From Octopus sinensis (Eukaryota): 64,000 nt of DNA. Position numbers and translations under genes: made by a program. The notes below the pieces were generated by a model. The model saw nothing but the letters and a program-made list of their open reading frames with translations, was not told the DNA's origin and searched no databases. The first letter of the stretch is position 1, and each line of letters starts with the position of its first letter. The stretch is from assembly GCF_006345805.1 (NCBI RefSeq), contig NC_042997.1, positions 155,806,001-155,870,000 on the forward strand, written 5' to 3'. Below, in pieces: positions 54,792 to 64,000 of this stretch.

Positions 54792-55844
54792 GGTAAAATT
54801 TATAGTTTCACACCAGATTCAATTTTGGTACTAAATAATTTTTTCCCTGTGTTTTTTTTTTTTTTTTGAGGTGCAATCATCTTAGCTGACCTCATAAGCT
54901 TCAGAAATGCATTTTTCTGGGGAAAATGGAGGGGGTGGGGCAGAACCTCGGAAATTCCCCTTTCCGACTCCGTCTCTTGCATGTTTTTTTTCACTGCAAT
55001 CTTCTTAATTGACCTCATAATGTGCGGGAAATGCATTTTGTCCATGGAAAATGGTGGGGATGGGATGGGACCTAGGGCAGTCCTGTATATCTTCTGTCTC
55101 TGGATTTGTGCTGGAATCGATCCTTTACTGGTGATCTGGGAGGGGTGTATATAACTGCTGCCTCAATAAAAAAATTGGTGCAGCAATTTTTTTTTTTTTC
55201 TGTAGCAGAGATAAATAAATACCTGGCCAGGTACTGGTGTAGATAGTTACCCGGCCTTTTCACTCATTCTTTTAAATCTCGCCAAAAACGCTTGATGTTT
55301 TGTGAGTTTATGTGTGCATGTGTGTGTGATGTCAACAAAATTTTCTTTGTGGTTTATCATATAATGTTCATAACCCAATATTTGTATATCTTTGTAAGCC
55401 ACCCAAGAATCACTGTAGATAGCTGAGTCAGCTTTGATGTATTTTTGAATTAGTGGAAAGCAATGTTGCTTTGTCGCGCTTCTGACCAGTCAGAGGAACA
55501 ACAAAGCGATGTTTGCTAATCTGCTCAATTCCAGTGAACAACCAAACATAAACATTTTAATTAGAATATACAATCTGTAAATGGAATTAACTGATTATAT
55601 GTATGAGGTCAATTAAGATGATTGCAATGAAAAAAAAAACCAAAAAAACATGAGAGATGGGGTTGGGAAGGGGAATTTCTGAGGTTCCGCCCCCACCCTC
55701 ACCACCCTCTATTTTCTGCGGAAAGAATGCATTTCTGACAGCTTACAAGGTCAATTAAGACAATTGCATCCACACACACGAAAAAAAAACAAGAAAAAAT
55801 TATTTAGTACTGAAATCGAGTCTTGTGTGAAACTATAAATTTAC
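54792..55844. mobile_element. Non-autonomous long-TIR Mutator/foldback-like element (about 1.05 kb)
   Basis: Inverted arms 54792-55019 and 55602-55844 align over their whole length; flanking 9-mers aaatagatt and taatagatc (7/9); terminal G...C; no transposase ORF. Confidence 0.75.
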
Positions 55845-56022
55845 TAATAGATCTTGTCCCATGTTCTGAGCAGTGGGGATCGAACCTGAGACCTTTTGGT
55901 TGTTGAATGACTTGCTTAGCCTTGTAGTAATGGCAAATTTAAATGTTTCTAACTTAAGTACAATGCCAAAAATTTAGAATTGAATTCTATATAGTATTTA
56001 GTTAAATTTATATATATATATA

Positions 56023-56493
56023 TCATCATCATCGTTTAACGTCCGTTTTCCATGCTAGCACGGGTTGGACGGTTTGACCGGGGTGTGGGAAGCCAGGGGC
56101 TGCACCAGGCTCCAGTCTGATCTGGCAGAGTTTCTACAGCTGGATGCCCTTCCTAACGCCAACCACTCCGCGAGTGTAGTGGGTGCTTTTTACGTGCCAT
56201 CTGCACAGGTGCCAGGGGGGTCCGGCATCGGCCACGATCGGTTGGAGCTTTTAACGTGCCACGTTCGGATGGTGCTTTTTATGTGCTACTGGCACAGAAG
56301 CCAGTCGGGGCGGTGCTGGCATCGGCCACGTTCGGATGGTGCTTTTTATGTGCTACCGGCACAGAAGCCAGCACATAAAAAGCACCATCCGAACATGGCC
56401 GATGCCAGCGCCGCCCTGACTGGCTTCTGTGCCGGTGGCACATAAAAAGCACCATCTGAATGTGGCCGTTGCCAGCGCTGCCTTGGCTGGCTT

Positions 56494-56495
<2 letters not shown>
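56023..56495 (-). mobile_element. RTE-type LINE 3' end with an internally inverted minisatellite
   Basis: (CAT)n tail at 56023, family core to about 56190, then 67-bp units that flip orientation near 56360; (TA)n on both flanks. Older copies of the family also at about 35844-35998(-), 58397-58650(-) and 62605-62789(+). Confidence 0.8.
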
Positions 56496-56540
<45 letters not shown>

Positions 56541-57945
56541 GTAACAAACTGAGGAAAACAAATCCTTCAAAGGGGTGCATTAAGATTGAAACTGAAAAAA
56601 ACAACTGTATCATTCATTTCCAATATTCGGTGAAAATATGGCTGGTCATGAGTAAGTAAATATTATCTTGCTTGGAAGCAGGTAAGGGTTGGCATCAGGG
56701 AAGGTACCTGGCTGCAGAAAATCTGCCTCAATAAACTTTGACTCATGCAAGAATGAGTAGTCACTGAAGAGGTGATTATATACATATAAACTCTTGGTTG
56801 TATTTCAGTTCAGCAGGAAAATTTAATCCATTACTTATAAATCTAATGCAAACTCTAGGAAGGAGACAATGTGTTTAAAATACACATCTACAACATGGAT
56901 ACTAAAGAGATTTATTGAAGTAAGTAAAACATTTAAACTACCCAGTTAAATAAAACGCAAAATAACTGTCAGCTTGAGAAAATTAATTTCTTTGGGAAGT
57001 ATACAATCTGATAACTGAGTAGATCTAAAGGCAATAACCAACAGAATTAAATTTCTAAGGTATTAATGACTTGGTAAACATTGTGGAAAAAAGATTTTTA
57101 AAAACTTTTTGGCAAGGTGTAATATAAGAAAACAAAGAAAGTATGTGTGTATGATATATATATGAGATGTATTTAAAAGATGTAAAATGTAAACTTTCTG
57201 CTGATAACTAAATACTGTTATGTCACTGTGACCTAACCTGTGCATTTGCTTCCATTTTACTATTAGCAAGAATAAACTTTCACACACAGTCACACAAACC
57301 ATATTTATTTATTCAGATTTTAGATCCATATATCCACATCCTACAACAAGAGATTAAATTGACTCTTCATGGTAATAAGTAAATAATGGGGTTTTACTGT
57401 CCAACCAGCAATATTTAGTGTTCCTTCAAACAGAAAACAAACAAAAAAAAGTATTGCAAATACATACAAATATATCATAAGTTAACTAAACAAATTGATT
57501 TCTATCTCGATCATTTATAACTTTAATGTAGTTAATCACAAAACATTAAAATGGATAGAGTAAAAAAAAAAAAAGGAAAACAGAAATAAAATAATTTTGT
57601 TTATTTAAATATGCATTATTTATCGTGGAAATGTCATAATTGTTTGTATGTGCGTGCGTGTGGATGTATATGAATGTTCAGCAAATAAATATATGTGTAT
57701 CACAAAATCACATGCAGCTACATGCATCATTCATGTTCAGAAAGAACACAAATTCTTCAAATCATGAATGACATGCTAGTTAAAAAGTTTGTATGTCCAA
57801 TGCTTCATGATGAGTCCATTAAAAAGAATGAAATATGTAGTGAAGACACAACCCTTCCCTTTATCATTGGCGTAATGAAATGTAAAATGCAAAATCATAA
57901 AGAAAGGTTTAATAGACTATGTAAAATAAACAATAAATGTATATT

Positions 57946-58159
57946 CTTTTCTACTCTAGGCACAAAGCCCAAAATTTTTTGGGAGGGGGCCAGTTGATTA
58001 GATTGACCCCAGTATACAACTGATACTTAACTTATCGACCCCGAAAGGATTAAAGGCTAAGCTGACCTCGGTAGAATTTGAACTCAGAACGTAAAGACAG
58101 ACGAAATACCGTTAAGCATTTCGCCCCACATGCTAATGTTTCTGCCAGCTCGCCGCCTT
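57946..58159 (-). mobile_element. Intact monomeric SINE-A with 16-bp TSD
   Basis: Head aaggcggcgagctggcagaaac, B-box gagttcaaattc; flanks acaataaatgtatatt (57930-57945) and acaaaaaatgtatatt (58160-58175). Older copies at about 5690(+), 7795(-), 9870(+), 21685(+), 30190-30495, 43010(+), 52240(-). Confidence 0.88.
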
Positions 58160-58706
58160 ACAAAAAATGTATATTAAAACTTATTTAGTTCTACTATAAT
58201 ATATATTGTTGGTTATGTGAGCTTCTGAATTATTTTCTAAATGTAAAAAAAAAAATTAAGCAGATTTAAACTATATAAATATAAAATTCAAATTCTCGCA
58301 AGAATAAACCTCTAAAATTATTGTATACCAAGTTATAATGGCTAACAGATATTAAGGTAAAGATGAGTCAAAGAACACTGTAAGTCAAGAAGTAAACATC
58401 ACCATCATTTAATGTCCCTTGTCCATGCTGGCATAGGTTGGATAGTCTGACCAGAGCTGGCAAGCTGGGGAGCAGCACCAAACTCCAGTCTGATTTGGTA
58501 TGGTTTCTACAGCTGGATGACCTTCCTAATGACCACCACTTTACAGAGTGTGCTGGGTGCTTTTACAAAGAATTGCATGCGTACTTTCATATGGCACCAT
58601 ATGGACACTTTTATGCAGCACTGTATGGGTGCTTTTACATGGCACTGTCACATTAGTGGAAACCAGATTAATCCTTATGATGACAACCAGAGACCATCTC
58701 CTAGAT

Positions 58707-59047
58707 TAATGGTTCTCAAACAATTTTTATCTACAAACCCCTTTGATTACTATTTTATTCTAGCGGACCCCCATTGTCATTTGATGTTTAAAAACTAGTT
58801 TTATACATACTTCTTTCAAAATTCCTATTTTGCTTGTCATACATTAACATTTTACAAAGTTCAACCTACACAAGTTAGAGTAAGAAACCTGGATGTTTCT
58901 TGCAATAAATACATCTAAAACAAAATTTTTCACGAACCCCTAAAATACTACTTATGGATCCACAAATTACTATTTTACTGGCATGGACCCCACAAAAATC
59001 TTATATCGACTCCCAGGGATCATATGGACCCTGGTTAACAACCATTA
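58707..59047. mobile_element. hAT (Charlie-like) MITE
   Basis: Ends taatggttctcaaac and ggttaacaaccatta; flanking 8-mers tcctagat and gccaagat (6/8) are consistent with a decayed 8-bp TSD. Confidence 0.65.
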
Positions 59048-60661
59048 GCCAAGATCTTTGATACCACTTGTTTCAAAGTGCTCATATTTGAATTAAAATT
59101 AGCCATCATGATTTAAAGTAAGAACCATTTAGGATAGAATCAAACCATTAGTTCTGACCCAAATGCCAGTTTGTGTATCAAAAAAAAAAAAAAATTTGTT
59201 ATTTTACTAAAAACCTTGATAATTTCCAAAATTAATTCAAAAAATATATTTCACTAGTAATATGGCCATGAAAGGATTGAGTCAAACAATAAGAGTACAA
59301 CTTTGAGGAGATAAGGAAGATAGGCCAGTTATTTGACCTTCATATGTCCATCTAGCCAACAACTGTGTTGGGAAGTTCAGCGAGCAACACCAAGAGAAAT
59401 ATTTATATATCATAAATAGAACTTAAAAATTATCTACAGCTAAACTTCTCATAGCAATCATGGTTTTCTCAATAATGCTTCAATTGGTGGAGGAGGGAAG
59501 TACCAGATGGACGAGCTAAGAAGGCACTATTTGAAACTACAACTGAAACAGTGGCAGTTCATTACATCTTTATTAACAGATACAGCCTGTCTCACTGTGC
59601 ATGTGCTGCAGAGTATGGACTTGAAACCAGCACGTGAGTCATTCTTTGGCATGCTGAGATACACTGTAAACAATCCATGCCATCAGCATTACTTCCTGCT
59701 GATATAATATATATTAGATGATATAATATATATTAGATAGCATGTATGCTCTTCTCTTTCTTAAACAGTATAAAAAAATTAAAATGTGAAACAGCAAGCA
59801 TGTAAATTATACTTTGCACAGTTAAAAATATATATATATAAAAAATAAAACTGAAATGTAGAATGAAAACACTGACTGAATCACATGGCTAAATGTACAG
59901 ATACAGCTCTGTTTACCAATGTAAATGTGATTCCAGTGTACTGTATAGTTATACAGGAAGCTGTGAGTATATTATTTTTAGATTTAGAATATAATACTCA
60001 GACTTCATGACAAGAAGTTTTCAGCTTCCTTCCTGTTTGAAATCTCAAGTAGAGATTTTTCAGATAGACATTGGCTAAATATAGGATACACTATTCTTTA
60101 CACTGGAACTCCAGTGAGCTATAAAGGTTCCTATAATTACAAATTTGACTAGCGCTGGTAAATCTTGTAATAGTTAAAGAGACCAAGCAAGCAAGAAAGT
60201 TCTAACTTTTGTAAATTATGACTAAAATTTTTGAGTATATGTGTGTGTGTGTGCCTTTGTGTCTGTGTTTGTCCCCCATCACTGCTTGACAACCATTGAT
60301 GGTGTGCTTATGTTCCTTTGTAACTTAGCAATTCAGCAAAACAGATTGACAGAAAAAGTACCAGGCTTAAACAGAATAAGCAACAAGAATGATTTGTTTA
60401 ACTAAAATTTTTCAAGGTGTTGCCTCAGCATGGCTGCAATCTAATGACTGAAACAAATAAAAGATAAGCTACATATATACTTCATTGGTAATCATGTAAG
60501 CTGATCAAAGTGAAGGATGAACTTCTATTGAAGTGAATATTAATGTTAGATGACTACAGTTATTTTGATTCTTTTGGTGTCATTTAGAAAATACAGAGAA
60601 GGAACAATAACTTAATTTTTTTAAACCACAGGAGAGCTAATGAGAACTTAATAGATAAATT

Positions 60662-60885
60662 ACTCTTTACTCTTTTACTTGTATCAGTCATTTGACTACG
60701 GCCATGCTGGAGCACTGCCTTTAGTCGAGCAAATCGACCCCAGGACTTATTCTTTGTAAGCCTAGTACTTATTCTATTGATCTCTTTTGCTGAACTGCTA
60801 AGTTACGGGGACGTAAACACACCACCATCAGTTGTCAAGCAATGTTGGAGGGACAAACATATACACACACACATACATACATGCA

Positions 60886-60930
<45 letters not shown>

Positions 60931-61086
60931 GGCTTCTTTCAGTTTCCCTCTACTAAATCCACTCACAAGGCTTTGGTTGGCCCGAGGCTATAGTAGAAGA
61001 CACTTGCCCAAGATGCTATGCAGCTGGACTGAACCCGGAACCATGTGGTTTGTAAGCAAGCTACTTACCACACAGCCACTCCTATG
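60662..61086 (-). mobile_element. Full-length tRNA-derived SINE-B (CORE-like central motif, internal TA/CA microsatellite)
   Basis: Reverse strand: gtggctgtgtggtaag (A box), gggttcagtcc (B box), gcatcttgggcaagtgtctt (MIR-CORE-like), microsatellite, 3' body and (AAAGAGT)n-like tail. Confidence 0.85.
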
Positions 61087-64000
61087 CCTGCTTACCACAA
61101 AGAATTTCTTGGCATTTTTAAGGTTAAGTATAGCATATTAGAGACTAACCAGTTGGGTGATGTGTTAAATGGAAGTCATAAACGTCTACAAAAGTAAAAT
61201 ACTTTTGTATCCAAACACACCATTTATCTAACATCAAAGCATAACAAAGTACAATGGAGCAAAACTGTCAAAGTTGTGAGACCACTACGGTCTATGTTGA
61301 ATAAGACAAGACCCAGTACTCAGTCCTGGAGCACTCAATGTAACAACTCTGATCTTACTACTCTATGATTATAATCTTTTATAAGATGTGAACAACTGAA
61401 GACAAAAACCTAAGATGACCCGAATGTGTTAAACCTCTAAGAGAATCCATGATCCATTGTACCAAATACCTCAGATATACTAGCAGCAGCAGAATCTGAA
61501 TAGAAATTATTGTAGACATTCCTGTGAATAACATTTCAGTCTGCACGGTCAGATCTTTCACACACACGCACGCATACACACGTATTCCAGTTACCTTGGA
61601 GATAACTACTTTTATAGATGAGAGGATCAACATTATGACAAACTATAACCTTTTCAGCAAGATTGTTTGAGACTGCAAGACAGACAGAATTTCAGGGTTG
61701 AGAGAGATCCTTTTTACAATAAGAGTGATGTCTAATTTTTCTTGAGGCACTTCTGAAGGATGGACAATATATCAGAGAGGTGGTTTAAAAAAAAATACTA
61801 TAAATAGTTTTAAAAACAATTGTAAAAAGAATTTTCTATAATTATTGCTTAGTCAATGGTGTAAAGATATTTATAATGTACCAAAGACAATCTTATAACA
61901 TGGAAGATTAGAAACCCAATAGAAATGAGTGATTATGTTTTTTCTAAATTTTTTTTTACAGTTTCTATGAATGAACAAAGTTAAAAGTTTTGCTAAATCA
62001 GGATGTATAAAGTAATACGCATTTTTGTTGAATATTGATGATGTAATTTTTTTATTTAAAATAAGTTTCCTGTGTTTCAATAGCTACCATAGCATAATCA
62101 TTTGTTTGGTCAATACTATTTATTTTTCTTTCCTGGAAACTTTTTTCTTGAATAGTTTTCTCATTTTCTGACCATTGTTCAAGCAGCAACTTTCTTCTGT
62201 TAAATATGAAACTTGTGCAAGAGTAGTTTAGGGTTCTGCATATATAATTAAATAGTGAATTCATCATTTGCTACAATTACCTCTTCCCCATCTCTAAACA
62301 TCTCACTCTCTCTCATATAACAGCCCCCTTGATCCTCTTTGTACCACTTATATTCACCACCCCCATACACTGTACCTTGTGGGTATGTCATGAAACATCT
62401 CCATCATCAATAACCCTGTCTGTCTCTCTATCTTACTTTCTAACTATCTCTGTTTCCTCTCCTTTTTTTTACCTACTGGAACAGCCAAATATCTCCTCTA
62501 CAGTAAGACACCCATCTCTATACCCCCATTATACTTTAACTCCTCAACCGGCACTCTGGAACAAAGTCACCTCCCTCAGCACCACTCTCGTTCCCAGCTG
62601 AGGGACCCCACTGGTGCTGGTGCCACATAAAAAACAGCCAGTATACTCTGTAAAGTGGTTGGTGTTAGGAAGAGCATTCTGCCAAAGCACACCATGTAGG
62701 CTGGTGTAGTTGTATGGCTTGCCAGCTCCTATCAAATCATCCAACCCATGCCAGCATAGAAAACAGATGTTAGATGGTGATGATGATGAGTGAATAAACT
62801 AAGAATTATATGGATATAGGGCAACAGAAACTCAGAAACCCTGTGCTAAGAGGCAGTTAAAAACTTTGATAACTGTCATCATCATCATTGTTGAACATCC
62901 ACTTTTTAGGCTTGCATGAGTGTCAGATGGAATTTGTTGAGGTAGATTTTTCCATAGTCAAATGTTCTCCATCTGTTTCCAAGTAAGGTAATATTTCCCC
63001 ATTGCCAGGCATATTTTGCATGGAGGATTGGAAATAAACAGCATCACTTTTGTAACAGTGACGCTCACTTACAATCATCACAGGATGTCAAGTCAAACAC
63101 CCACATACACAACAATCTTCATCCAGTTTTTGTCTACCAAATTCACTCACAAAGTTTTTGTTGGACTAGGGCTGTGGTAGAAGACACTTGCTCAAGGTGC
63201 TATGCAGCTAGACTAAACCAGCGACCATATGGTTATCAAAAAGCCTTTTAATATATCAACATTTTAAGTACATCTGAATTGAAGGACAAACTTGGACAAA
63301 AAAAAAAATCTATTTTTAATTGTGGTGGAGAAGGTTGTCACCCACCCCACCTGCCTTTCTTGACTAGAGTTAGTCATTAAGATAATGATTGGTAATTTTC
63401 ACTTAGATTGTAATTTTAATTGAAATCTCTTGGCTTACTACATTAAGTCTATTAATGCCTACTTTACTAATTATTATCAGCTTATATTATAAGACATTTG
63501 AATATGCTTATTCTGTCTATGTAGATACAATTGCCTACAGTTTTACTATTTTTAAAAATTTTATTTTATTTCTATTATTTCTGAGACTGTGATATCTTCT
63601 CACTTCTATATTTTCCTCTTCACACATGATTTCCTTAATAAGAACATCTTTTGCATCAATGGTATACATACATTTTCTGCTTTTAACTTTTCTCTTAATT
63701 GTATTGTTTTCCAAAGTGATAAAAAATATATTTCAGCTATATACCTTTTACTTGTTTCAGTCATCAGATAGTGGCCATGCTGGGGCACCGACGTAAAGAA
63801 TCATTAGCCAAATGAATTTACCCCAGTTCCTAATTTTGTTAAGCCTGGTACTTATTCTATCGGCCTCTTTTGCTGACCCACTAAGTTACAGTGACGCAAG
63901 TGCACCGACACTAGTTGCCAAGCGACAGCTGGGGACAAATATACACACACACACAACAGGCTTCTCTCAGTTTGTCAACCAAATTCACTCACAAAGCTTT

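Noticed and set aside
58040-58159. tRNA-like A and B boxes in SINE heads
   Set aside because: No cloverleaf; these are SINE pol III promoters present in many decayed copies, not tRNA genes.
59701-59738. 19-bp tandem duplication gatataatatatattagat (and a similar one at about 13905-13958)
   Set aside because: Ordinary slippage products in AT-rich sequence.
61150-61640. Possible old LINE RT fragment (YSSYLGD-like) or signal-peptide-like exon
   Set aside because: Evidence limited to one weak motif; neither reading is supportable.

Overview
AT-rich, microsatellite- and transposon-dense animal genomic DNA. The SINE and LINE families look, from memory, like those of Octopus (coleoid cephalopod); this is recognition, not a database hit. 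One protein-coding gene is well supported: a minus-strand ZMYND19/MIZIP orthologue. Five GT-AG exons (20546-20440, 17151-16947, 12913-12850, 5980-5881, 2984-2882) splice in phase into 192 aa plus stop, running from [13 protein letters not shown] through an HNH-like motif to a C-terminal MYND zinc finger. The roughly 37 N-terminal residues expected from the human protein were not found in the remaining 43 kb. The rest is intronic or intergenic. It holds decayed Tc1, mariner and hAT transposons, several MITE families (pogo-like, piggyBac-like, hAT-like), a long-TIR Mutator/foldback-like element, many tRNA-derived SINEs and RTE-type LINE 3' ends carrying a minisatellite. Best second-look items: an in-frame alternative 5' splice site just before the MYND finger, a minimal hammerhead ribozyme relic, a 97-bp GC-rich foldback hairpin, a 31-bp inverted repeat downstream of the stop codon, a ~0.6-kb unit with terminal direct repeats and Helitron-like ends, and the Mutator-like foldback. 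I see no convincing evidence of a wholly new multi-gene system. Nearly all ORFs in the supplied track are repeat-derived noise.
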